DNA of 64,000 bases. Origin: Thermoproteota archaeon. Its GTDB lineage: Archaea; Asgardarchaeota; Jordiarchaeia; Jordiarchaeales; Freyrarchaeaceae. The stretch covers positions 40 through 64,039 of the forward strand of contig JAPDJY010000031.1 of assembly GCA_029258835.1 (NCBI GenBank). Direction: 5' to 3'. Made by a program: the position numbers and the translations under genes. The notes beneath the pieces were generated by a model. It was not told the DNA's origin and ran no database searches. It saw only the letters and a list, made by a program, of their open reading frames with translations. The number at the start of each line of letters is the position of its first letter. The stretch's first letter is position 1. Of the stretch, positions 1 through 8,970 are shown one piece after another.

Positions 1-1
1 A

Positions 2-334
2 GCTAAGCTTAGGGAGTCCGGCATAAGGGATGGAGTCCTGTTCTTGTTTAGCCTTCACACGACGAACTCGCTGATCCTTAACGAGGATGAGCCCGGGCTG
101 GTTCAGGACGTGAAAAGGTGGGTGAAGGAGGCTTTTTCGAGGCCGGACTACCGTCATGACAGGATAGACAGGAACGCGGCTGCCCACATAGCTGCGAGCA
201 TCATCAGGAACGCACTAGTGCTCCCCGTTGAAAACGGGGAATTAGCATTGGGGACGTGGCAGAGGATACTTCACTTAGAGCTTGACGGGCCGAGGAGAAG
301 AACGCTCGTGGTTAAGGTCGTTGGAGTTAAGTAG
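2..334 (+). CDS. YjbQ/UPF0047-family protein (secondary thiamine-phosphate synthase-like), 5' end cut by window edge
   Basis: The frame is open from nt 2, upstream of listed ORF 44..334. 'SLHTTNSLILNEDE', 'DRNAAAHIAAS' and 'GTWQRILHLELDGPRRR' fit the conserved YjbQ core as remembered. Confidence 0.7.
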   Translation, partial: AKLRESGIRDGVLFLFSLHTTNSLILNEDEPGLVQDVKRWVKEAFSRPDYRHDRIDRNAAAHIAASIIRNALVLPVENGELALGTWQRILHLELDGPRRRTLVVKVVGVK

Positions 335-496
335 GGTGAGGGAGGCGGGTGGAGGTTTTAAAGGTGAACAGGGATTCGTCGTCAATGTTAAAAACCGTGG
401 AGACGTTGAGGGCTAACAGGTCTAAGCTGTTGTGGTTCTCCGGGTTGCGTGTTAGGGTTGGTGGATTGGCGTGTTGGATACGTGGAGGATGAGGGA

Positions 497-1399
497 ATGG
501 ATGTCGTATGCGAGCCAGGTTGGGTTTCCGATTGCTGCTTTCTGATCGACGGCTACGGCTGGAGGGCTGAAAGGTCAACATGCATACTTGCGGTTAAAGG
601 GTCAAGGTTTGCTGCCATAGTGGATGCGGCCCATAAGAGCTCAGCCCCGTTCATACTGAGGGGGATAAGGGATGCAGGCGTCGAGTCGTCCTCTGTAAGG
701 TACATTCTGGTCACTCACAGGCATACGGACCACGCTGGAGGGGTTGCACCGCTGCTTAAAGCTATGCCTGATGCGGCCGTCATGGGGCATAGGGTAACCC
801 TGAGCAACATCAGGGATCCATCAAGAATTAATGAGGCTTCTAGGAGGATGTGGGGGGACGCTGCAGACCCTATGGACCCTGTGGAGGATGCGGAGAGGCT
901 CATCCCGGTTTCGGATGGTGACGTAGTGGATCTTGGCGGAGGGGTGGAGGTGGAGGTGGTGCATACGCCCGGGCACACCTCGGATCACTACGCGTATTAT
1001 GAAAGGAAAAGTGGGGTGGCTTATCTTGGTGATGCTGGCGGGCTCTTCTCTTGCCCGACACGCATGGTTGTTCCCACGTCGTTCCCGGCAAGCTTCAAAG
1101 TTGACCCCTACATACGTTCATTAGAGAAACTTATGGGCTACGACGTCGACGTGCTCGTGTTCGCCCACTTCGGGGCGATTAGAGGAAAGGGAGCTGCAGA
1201 CTTCATCTCTAAATGCATCGAGGTGGTGGAGGAGTGGGTGGAGCTGGCGAAGGAGGGGGGCGTCAAGGAGGTGGCAGGCAGGCTGAAAGAGGGGTACCTG
1301 TCAAGGTTCACTCTGTTTAACCCGGAGATTAGAAGTGTGATCTTTGACGCGCTGGCGGCGGGACTGGTTAACGCCTTGAGGGGGCCTCGGGGGGTGTAG
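497..1399 (+). CDS. MBL-fold metallo-hydrolase
   Basis: HxHxDH motif 'THRHTDHAGG' and later 'HTPGHTSDH'. ATG at 497 follows 'ggaggatgaggga'; the ORF is open from 449. Confidence 0.8.
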   Translation: MDVVCEPGWVSDCCFLIDGYGWRAERSTCILAVKGSRFAAIVDAAHKSSAPFILRGIRDAGVESSSVRYILVTHRHTDHAGGVAPLLKAMPDAAVMGHRVTLSNIRDPSRINEASRRMWGDAADPMDPVEDAERLIPVSDGDVVDLGGGVEVEVVHTPGHTSDHYAYYERKSGVAYLGDAGGLFSCPTRMVVPTSFPASFKVDPYIRSLEKLMGYDVDVLVFAHFGAIRGKGAADFISKCIEVVEEWVELAKEGGVKEVAGRLKEGYLSRFTLFNPEIRSVIFDALAAGLVNALRGPRGV

Positions 1400-1475
1400 G
1401 CGGCTGGGGGTTCTCCCGAAGAAAAATTAAAATGTGTGTTAATGGAAAGGTAAGTTTGCTTAAGGGGGGATCAGG

Positions 1476-3464
1476 TTGAAAGTTGAGGATATTAAGAAGA
1501 TTGCTGTTATTGGAGCAGGAATAATGGGGCATGGCATAGCACAGCTTGCAGCCCAAGCAGGATACAATGTGGCTCTCGTCGACATTAAGCAGGAATTCCT
1601 AGACAATGCGCTAGATAAGATCCGCTGGAGCTTAAGCAAGCTGGCCGACAGGAAGGTGATTCCTAAGGAGAAAATCGACGAGATAGTCGGGAGGATAAAG
1701 GCGACCACCAACCTGGAGGAGGCGGTCAAAGACATAGACTTCGCCATTGAAGCCGTAGTGGAGGATATAAACGTTAAGAAGGACGTGTTTAGGAGGATGG
1801 ATGAGAACGCGCCTAAACACGCCATCTTAGCTTCAAACACGAGCACGCTGCCTATAACGGAGATAGCGTCAGCCACTAATAGACCGGACAAGGTAATTGG
1901 AATGCACTACTTTAACCCGCCGGTCCTCATGCCTCTCGTAGAGGTAATACTGGGTGAGAAGACCAGCGAGGAAACCCTTCAAGTGACGGCGGACTTGGCG
2001 AGAAGGTTCGGTAAAACGGTGGTGGTATGCAAGAAGGACGTGCCTGGGTTCATAGTTAACAGGATCCTCGGCCCACTTCTAAACGAGGCCGCATGGACCG
2101 TTTATAGAGGTGAAGCCACCATAGAGGAAGTAGACTCGGCGGTCATGAACAAGGTGGGGCTCCCGATGGGGCTGTTCGAGCTTGCCGACTTCAGCGGGAT
2201 AGACACGATTTACAAGGCTGGGAAGGCTACGAGCGAGAGGGAGCCGGAGAGCGCAAACCAGTGTCCGCTGTTCGAGGAGTATTACAATAAGGGCTGGTAT
2301 GGGCAGAAGACCAAGAGGGGGTTCTATGAGTGGAAAGGGGAGAAGGGTGAGAGAGCGCCCATAAGTAGGGAGGCGGGTGAGAAGTTTGACCCTGTACCGG
2401 TGTTTGCCCCTGCAGTCAACGCTGCGGCGTGGCTTGTTAGGAATGAGGTGGCAACCGTAGAGGACGTAGACACCAGCGTGAAGCTCGGCTTAGGGTTCCC
2501 GAAGGGTATACTTGAGCTGGCTGACACGTGGGGTTTAGACAGGATAGTATCCATATTAAACGAGAAAAAGGAGAAGTATGGTAAGTACTATACGCCAGAT
2601 CCGCTGCTGGTTGAGAAGGTTAACAAGGGAGAGACAGGGGTGAAAGCCGGGAAGGGCTTCTACGATTACAGGGCTGAGGCGAGAGAGTACAAGGAGATAA
2701 TTTTGAGGAGGGAGCCGCCTCTAGCCTGGATAATACTTAACAGGCCTCACAGGATGAATGCTATTACGGCGACCATGGGGGAGGAGTTAAGCAGGGCGCT
2801 GGACGAGCTATGGTTTGACGGCGAGGTGAGGGTTCTCATAATAACAGGGGCTGGAGACAGGGCGTTCAGCGTTGGGGCGGATGTGACAGCCTTTGGAGGA
2901 GGAACACCAGACTCTGCTTTCATGCTTGCAAGGTCGCTTCAGGAGGTCACCATGAAGATCGAGAAGTTTCCCAAGCCTGTCATAGCGGCGGTTAGAGGGC
3001 ACGCACTTGGTGGGGGATGTGAAATAGCTATGGCATGTGATTTCAGGATAGCAAGCTCCAACTCAACGTTCGGGCAGCCAGAAATACGCTTAGGAATCAT
3101 ACCGGGAGCTGGTGGAACGATAAGAATGGCTAAGCTGGTAGGCTTAACCAAGGCTAAGGAGCTGGTCATGCTAGGCGACAGGATAACCGCCGAGGAGGCG
3201 GAGAAGATAGGCCTCATAAACAAGGTAGTCCCCTTAGAAGGGTTCGAGGAGGAGGTTAGGGCGTTTGCGATGAGGCTTGCCGAGGGGCCGCCGGTAGCCT
3301 TGAAGGCCGCCAAGTACAGCATGAACTTTGGAACCCAAATACCATTAGACATAGGGTTAATGCTGGAATCATCGCTTTTCGGTATACTGTTCTCAACCAA
3401 GGACATGGTTGAAGGCGTCACAGCGTTCCTATCGAAGAAGAAGCCAACGTTCAAAGGCGAGTGA
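1476..3464 (+). CDS. Fused 3-hydroxyacyl-CoA dehydrogenase (N-terminal) / enoyl-CoA hydratase (crotonase, C-terminal)
   Basis: Rossmann motif 'IAVIGAGIMGHGIA'. Crotonase motifs 'GAGDRAFSVGADV' and 'GHALGGGCEIAMACDFRIA'. TTG start preceded by 'gggggga'. Confidence 0.85.
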   Translation: MKVEDIKKIAVIGAGIMGHGIAQLAAQAGYNVALVDIKQEFLDNALDKIRWSLSKLADRKVIPKEKIDEIVGRIKATTNLEEAVKDIDFAIEAVVEDINVKKDVFRRMDENAPKHAILASNTSTLPITEIASATNRPDKVIGMHYFNPPVLMPLVEVILGEKTSEETLQVTADLARRFGKTVVVCKKDVPGFIVNRILGPLLNEAAWTVYRGEATIEEVDSAVMNKVGLPMGLFELADFSGIDTIYKAGKATSEREPESANQCPLFEEYYNKGWYGQKTKRGFYEWKGEKGERAPISREAGEKFDPVPVFAPAVNAAAWLVRNEVATVEDVDTSVKLGLGFPKGILELADTWGLDRIVSILNEKKEKYGKYYTPDPLLVEKVNKGETGVKAGKGFYDYRAEAREYKEIILRREPPLAWIILNRPHRMNAITATMGEELSRALDELWFDGEVRVLIITGAGDRAFSVGADVTAFGGGTPDSAFMLARSLQEVTMKIEKFPKPVIAAVRGHALGGGCEIAMACDFRIASSNSTFGQPEIRLGIIPGAGGTIRMAKLVGLTKAKELVMLGDRITAEEAEKIGLINKVVPLEGFEEEVRAFAMRLAEGPPVALKAAKYSMNFGTQIPLDIGLMLESSLFGILFSTKDMVEGVTAFLSKKKPTFKGE

Positions 3465-3704
3465 GAAGCACCCCCTCACTTTTTATTAACACCATGGATG
3501 GTGCACATTCCGTCATCACCATCCTCTTAAAGCTATTTCCTTCTTAAACACGAAAATTATAAGATTATGATTCCCCGTAAAAGTAACAGGGAAAACGCTA
3601 GCGAATTGGATAGTTCTTCTCGAAGCTGGGGAAGGCAACTGAGGGAAAGGTTAACGTGGCTGAGCAGTAGGTTCTTTAAGCTTTGGTTGGGTGGTTGCGG
3701 AGGG

Positions 3705-4250
3705 TTGGTTTTGGATGGTGGAAGGGAGTCTCTTAGGAGGCTTATTTTGGAGAAAGGCGTGGTTAGGGGGCGGCCAATCTTCATTTCAAGCACTAGGATG
3801 AGCACATTCTACTTTAACTTGAGGCCCATCCTCTTCAGCTATGAGGGGAGCAGGCTTGTAGCAGCAGTCCTCCTCCCAATCCTTAGGAAGATGGATGTTG
3901 ACTGTGTTGGTGGAACAGAGGATAGCTCGGTTCCTATAGTGACGGCTCTCTGCGTGCTTGGAGGGTATGATGGCTTCTACGTGCGGGAGAACCCTAAGAA
4001 GTATGGTCTCCAAGAGCAGGTTGAGGGAAACCTTGGCGAGAAGGCGGTGCTGGTTGACGACGTGGCTACCAGCGGGTTATCCCTCCTGAAGGTTGCCAAG
4101 ATAGTCAAGGGGAGAGGGTGCAGGGTTAGGGACGCAGTGGTCATAGTTGACATGCTCGAAGGGGCTAGGGAGAAGCTTGCATCCGAAAAGATAAACTTAA
4201 CGTCCGTCTTCACTAGGGAGGACTTTAAGGAGGTAACTTCTAGCAGCTGA
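3705..4250 (+). CDS. Orotate phosphoribosyltransferase-like type I PRTase
   Basis: PRPP loop 'VLVDDVATSGLS' and OPRT-like 'ISSTRMSTFYFNLR'. The ORF is open from 3567, but its N-terminal 45 aa look non-homologous. TTG at 3705 gives about 181 aa. Confidence 0.55.
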   Translation: MVLDGGRESLRRLILEKGVVRGRPIFISSTRMSTFYFNLRPILFSYEGSRLVAAVLLPILRKMDVDCVGGTEDSSVPIVTALCVLGGYDGFYVRENPKKYGLQEQVEGNLGEKAVLVDDVATSGLSLLKVAKIVKGRGCRVRDAVVIVDMLEGAREKLASEKINLTSVFTREDFKEVTSSS

Positions 4251-5055
4251 CCGACCTTAAAAACTCTAGGAGTAAGCTGTTGAACTCTCCTGGTTTCTCA
4301 ACTATTGGAGCGTGGCCGCACTCCTTTAAAACGACCAGTTTCACGTTTGGTATCCCCTCCCGTAAAACGTATGCCTGCCTTAATGGGATAACTGTGTCGT
4401 TCTCCCCGTGAACGATGAGGGTTGGCTGCTTGATCATGCCCAGCTTATCTCTAAGATCAAAGTTTGCTGTCCCCCGTGCCACGTCGATAAGGCTGCTTAA
4501 ATCACGTTTTGAAACGATCTCCTTAAGGTTTCTTATGAATGAAGGGTTTTCCTGGACGAAGCGATGATGAAAAACTCCCTTTACCAACTGCTCAAAGTAG
4601 GCTTCGAACCCGGATTGAAGGTACAGCCTAACCCACGCCGAGACACACTTCACAGTTTCAGGATCAACGCAGGCTGACGTGTCAACCAGCGTCAGGGAGC
4701 ATACCGCTTGAGGGTAATCCACTGCCAGCTGAAGGGACACCATGCCGCCCATGCTTATGCCGCAAACGTGGGCTTTCCCTCCGCAAACCACCCTTATAAA
4801 CTTAAAGATGTCCGATGCAAAGTCTCTCATCGTGTAGCTCTCCGCCCTGCTTGAAAGTCCATGCCCCCTTAAGTCAACAGCCAACACCCTAAAATGCTTA
4901 GAAAGGGTATTGAGCTGCAGAAGCCAGTCCCTGTGGTCTCCCCCAATGCCATGGATTAAAACTACGGGGCTACCGCTGCCCGCCTCAACATAATGCAGTG
5001 AAACCCCCTCAAGGTCAACCTTCGGCACACCTACCACCAGCCGAAAACAGCACAT
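4240..5055 (-). CDS. Alpha/beta-fold hydrolase
   Basis: Oxyanion 'VVLIHGIGGD', nucleophile elbow 'GISMGG' and C-terminal 'ECGHAP' (catalytic His region). Confidence 0.8.
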   Translation of the reverse strand: MCCFRLVVGVPKVDLEGVSLHYVEAGSGSPVVLIHGIGGDHRDWLLQLNTLSKHFRVLAVDLRGHGLSSRAESYTMRDFASDIFKFIRVVCGGKAHVCGISMGGMVSLQLAVDYPQAVCSLTLVDTSACVDPETVKCVSAWVRLYLQSGFEAYFEQLVKGVFHHRFVQENPSFIRNLKEIVSKRDLSSLIDVARGTANFDLRDKLGMIKQPTLIVHGENDTVIPLRQAYVLREGIPNVKLVVLKECGHAPIVEKPGEFNSLLLEFLRSVSC

Positions 5056-5210
5056 CTAACCCTCTAAAAGACGTTACCCCACACCAAGTTTTAGAAACCC
5101 CGCATCTTAAGCGTGAAGGGAGTAACGGCACAGACAACGCTTAAAAATCAAAGGGGCATGAAGAATTGGAAAGTGGAGGAAGGCTTCCAGTTAAAGGTTT
5201 TGAGATCTAC

Positions 5211-8200
5211 CTACCTTATGGCCGTCAGGTTTCCTATGAGAACCCAGGGAAGCTCCTCCGGCGACTTGATCACTTTAAGTATGCTCGCTGCGGAGCACAT
5301 CTCCTTGAGATGCCTCGGCTCCCTACCCATCGTTATGTACACTACCCTCACCCCCCTGCTCTCAGCTTCCTCGATCGCAACCCTTACGTCCGGGACTGCG
5401 TTTTCCTCTTGTTCATAACCTTCGGGCTCCCCGTCGGAGAAGACAAACATTATTCTGGTTTTCGCCTCGTTTTTTAGGAGTTCTTCATAGGAGTACCTTA
5501 TGGGGGCTCCCATCCTGGTTAACCCGCCGCTCCTCACGGCTCCCACCTTTTCCTGGGTCACGGTGTTCCAAGGGTCGTTGAAGTCCTTCGCAATGTATAT
5601 TCTAGCCTTTCTACCCTCAGTGTTAAACGCGTAGATTGCGAACTTGTCCCCTAGAACGTTGCATGCGTCTCCGAACAGGACTGCTGAAACCTTCAGGCTG
5701 TTTATTATTCTACTTGTTGAGCCGCTGGCGTCTATTAGAAGGACTGCGGCGACGTCCCTCGAGTCCCTGTATATTTTATCGAATATTCTTCTTTCCTTTG
5801 GCTCACAGTACGCGTCCACTATTCCATCCATGTTCAGTTCACTTCCATCGAGGACGCGCCTGTCTACGGTGAACTTCCGGGGTGCTATTTTCTCAAGCTC
5901 GCTTATTAGCTGCTGCCGGACGTAGGAGTACTCGTAGATGGACGGGATTGGGGCGCCCCTCTGGATGCGGATTTCGTCTATGTTTATCCAGAGAGAGTAT
6001 GTTTTGAAGCGTTCATCCCATTCGGGAACCCTTCTGACGTATTCAGCCTCCTCTTCCGGTTCTATCGGGATTTGGGACACTTTCGCGGTTAGCTGCTCGG
6101 CGTACTTCTCTCTGAGCTCGTCCAGCTTATCCGTGCTGAACTCCTCTGGTGGAACCACCGACTCTTGATCCTCTGAGGAGTCTATGTCCGTGTTTTGTTG
6201 CTGCTCCTCCTCTGGAGGCTCTGGAACGTAATCCTTTATTACTTCGACTATCTTTAGTGCAGCTTCAACCGAGTCGAGGACTGTCCCTCCCTTAACGGAC
6301 TTGGCTATTTCCAGGGATTGATCTATGAGGGGTCTGTATTCGTCCATCTCGCCTTTCTCAAGCTCCATGTATTCTCTGGCTTCCTCTAAACTCCACCCTT
6401 TCTTCTCGAGTAGGCCCTGCTCTATGAGCTCTGCCAAGTGTTCACCCTTGGTTTTGCCGTGAACGATCTTTTCTAGGATGAGCTCGAGGATGGGTGATGG
6501 GAAGTTTTGAATGCTTCTTTTCCTCAGGTTAAACAGGTTTACTGTTCTTATCAGGGGTTCAAGGTCTTCGAACTCTCTTACGAGGTGGTCTTCACACCTT
6601 AAGTCTTCCAGTGCCGTGAAGAGGGTTGTTGCAAGCCAGGGGTGACCCGTCTTCTTGAACTCCTCGTATAGCTTTGAAATGGGTATTGCGAAGCTGCCGT
6701 AGCGCATGTGGCTTACGGCGTGTAGTGCACCGTAAAGGTAGAGGAGCATGTTTCGCTCCCTGTCAGGGAACTCGTTTATTACCGCCGGCAGGTAAACGTT
6801 TCTTCCGTCGCTTCTGGGCCCATCCTTACTTGGCATTATGGGCACTGCCCCGCAGAGGGGCGTCAGCCAAGCCATAAGATCCATCTTCACGTCGTTAAGG
6901 TGGAGTCCTCCCTTAAGCCAGTCGACGGGATTGGCGAATATGGTTAGCAATTCATCCTTCCCGACCTCGGTGATCCTCTTCTCCAGCGTTGAAATGTATA
7001 TGGAGAGAGTGTCTTGGTCCTTGAACTGGTTTATCGACATGAGGAAGGCTTCGCCTAACCCTATGCCTTCAAGGAGCTGAAAGATGCCTGCAGCCTTCAA
7101 CACTTGCTCCACGCTTTTTATCGGGGCTTTCAGGAGGGATTCCATGAGGAAGGGGCGCTTTTCTATTATGGATATTATGCTTCCGAGCCTTGATATTCCA
7201 TCCCTACGATACTTTGAGATGAACTTTTTCAGGGTTTGATATCCGAGGCCGCTGAGGTTGCCAAGGCGGCCTATCAGGGTAACTACTTCCTTGCTGTCGA
7301 GCTCGTCTATCTTGTTCTCTGAGAGGAGTTCTTCCAGTCTCTTCCTGACCTTGAGCCTTTTGTCGTCACTTAAAACCTTTACTTCGTATGCTATCGAGAG
7401 GACGTCGCTGCTTGAAAGCTTCTTAAGCTTAGGGTTGGAGATTATTTCAAGAATGGTTCTATAGCCTGTCTCGTTAAGGTATTTCAGCTCCCATATGAGC
7501 TCGGCCAGGTCGTCGGGGTCTATCTGGGTGAGCTTAGGTGCTAAAATAACCCTCCGGATCCTCTCTTTGAAGTCTAAGGGTCTAACTATCCTGTGCCGCC
7601 TGAGCCTGCTTGTAAGGGAGAGGAGGTGTTTACCCCCTATCCTCGGCAGTATGTTACTTTCAACGATCTCTACCAGTATGTCGTAGCCTTCGTCTGTTAG
7701 CTCTTCAAACTTGTCGACGAACTCAAGTAGGCTTTTCTCGTCGAGAACCTCAACCTTAGGATTACTAATTATCCTCAAGAGGATCCTGTAGTAATTATCG
7801 CTTAACCGTGCCAGTTGACCCATGAGGCGTAGGAGACTTCCCCCGTCTAAGGCGCTCACCTTGCTGATCGAGAGAAGCTCGTTGATCCTTCGCCTTACTG
7901 AGTCGTAGACCTCACTGCTCATGTCCCTTATCTCTGCTATGAGCCATGCCAAGCTGTTGTTCCCTATGTTCCTTATGGACGGGCTGGATATTATTTGTAT
8001 GAAGCTCTTATACCTGTCCTCGCTAAGCTTTTTAAGACCCCTCACCAGGGAGGGTAAGCTATTACCTTCAATCCTGTCCACCTTGCCCATTGAGAGAAGC
8101 TCGTTGACACGCTTCTCTAGGACGCATAGATCCTTCTGGTTGAGCTGGGAGACCTCCGACGCTAGAATGGGCATACAGTAGCTGCTCATTGACGTGAGCT

Positions 8201-8612
8201 TGTCGCTTGACAGGAGAGCCTTTAAAAATCTTCGTTGCTCCTCTGAAAGCTTACTAAGCTCCCTGAAGGCTCCGGGCAGGTCTCTGCCATCTACAGGGCC
8301 TACAAGAGGCTGAGAGAATACCTCCCTACAAACCTCCTCGGCTTTGAGGCTTCTATCGCCGGATTTCTCAATTTCATAGGTTAGCTTAATGAGGTTTCTC
8401 TCACCTATTGTTCCGACTTTAGGGTTAAACACCAGCCTAACCAGCACTTCCCGCTGCGTCCCGTTAAGGTTTTTAACTCTGTGGGCTAACTCCGCTAGGG
8501 ATTCCAAGGAAACTATTTTAACCTTTCCGCTGTCTATGAGCTTTTTCATAACTGAAAACACGTCCTTTCCAAATGTTGAAAGCAGGGAGTTCATGCTTTT
8601 TTCTATGTCCAA
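5211..8612 (-). CDS. Large vWA-domain protein (NorD/CbbO-like) with an N-terminal tandem-repeat array
   Basis: C-terminal ~180 aa form a vWA domain with MIDAS 'LLIDASGSTS' and 'FVFSDGEPEG'. An acidic stretch 'PEPPEEEQQQNTDIDSSEDQE' precedes it. Residues 30-468 are 12 tandem repeats. Start is TTG 8612 or ATG 8594. Confidence 0.8.
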   Translation of the reverse strand: MDIEKSMNSLLSTFGKDVFSVMKKLIDSGKVKIVSLESLAELAHRVKNLNGTQREVLVRLVFNPKVGTIGERNLIKLTYEIEKSGDRSLKAEEVCREVFSQPLVGPVDGRDLPGAFRELSKLSEEQRRFLKALLSSDKLTSMSSYCMPILASEVSQLNQKDLCVLEKRVNELLSMGKVDRIEGNSLPSLVRGLKKLSEDRYKSFIQIISSPSIRNIGNNSLAWLIAEIRDMSSEVYDSVRRRINELLSISKVSALDGGSLLRLMGQLARLSDNYYRILLRIISNPKVEVLDEKSLLEFVDKFEELTDEGYDILVEIVESNILPRIGGKHLLSLTSRLRRHRIVRPLDFKERIRRVILAPKLTQIDPDDLAELIWELKYLNETGYRTILEIISNPKLKKLSSSDVLSIAYEVKVLSDDKRLKVRKRLEELLSENKIDELDSKEVVTLIGRLGNLSGLGYQTLKKFISKYRRDGISRLGSIISIIEKRPFLMESLLKAPIKSVEQVLKAAGIFQLLEGIGLGEAFLMSINQFKDQDTLSIYISTLEKRITEVGKDELLTIFANPVDWLKGGLHLNDVKMDLMAWLTPLCGAVPIMPSKDGPRSDGRNVYLPAVINEFPDRERNMLLYLYGALHAVSHMRYGSFAIPISKLYEEFKKTGHPWLATTLFTALEDLRCEDHLVREFEDLEPLIRTVNLFNLRKRSIQNFPSPILELILEKIVHGKTKGEHLAELIEQGLLEKKGWSLEEAREYMELEKGEMDEYRPLIDQSLEIAKSVKGGTVLDSVEAALKIVEVIKDYVPEPPEEEQQQNTDIDSSEDQESVVPPEEFSTDKLDELREKYAEQLTAKVSQIPIEPEEEAEYVRRVPEWDERFKTYSLWINIDEIRIQRGAPIPSIYEYSYVRQQLISELEKIAPRKFTVDRRVLDGSELNMDGIVDAYCEPKERRIFDKIYRDSRDVAAVLLIDASGSTSRIINSLKVSAVLFGDACNVLGDKFAIYAFNTEGRKARIYIAKDFNDPWNTVTQEKVGAVRSGGLTRMGAPIRYSYEELLKNEAKTRIMFVFSDGEPEGYEQEENAVPDVRVAIEEAESRGVRVVYITMGREPRHLKEMCSAASILKVIKSPEELPWVLIGNLTAIR
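7209..8525 (-). repeat. Coding tandem array: 12 units of 35 or 39 aa inside the vWA gene
   Basis: I counted the units by hand. The 35-aa type ends '..IISNP' (e.g. 'KVSALDGGSLLRLMGQLARLSDNYYRILLRIISNP'). The 39-aa type ends '..ELLS..'. They mostly alternate. Confidence 0.7.
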
Positions 8613-8970
8613 GTTGGATGGGGGTGTTTCAAAATCTCTTCTCAGACTCCTAAAGCGTTCAAACGTCTTAGAAACCTCCTCTTCAACTTATGCGAGCACG
8701 GAGGAGAAAACACCAGTATGGCTAGGTAGCGAGGAAAGCTGGGTAATCCGATCCTCCGGAGAAGAAGGTAAAAGTGCCGAATCACGTGAAGTCACGCCTT
8801 CAGAACTTGCAAGTGTTAAGTCACGTGGCGATTTCGGGGCGCCCACACTTCCACGTCCCATGTGAAAAAGGAGGCTTAAGAGATAAATATGTTTTGGTCT
8901 GCAGGATGGTAGTGGCGTTCTCTCGGTGGGGTATCGCAAAAACGATGAGAATCGATCAACGTCTGCGCCT

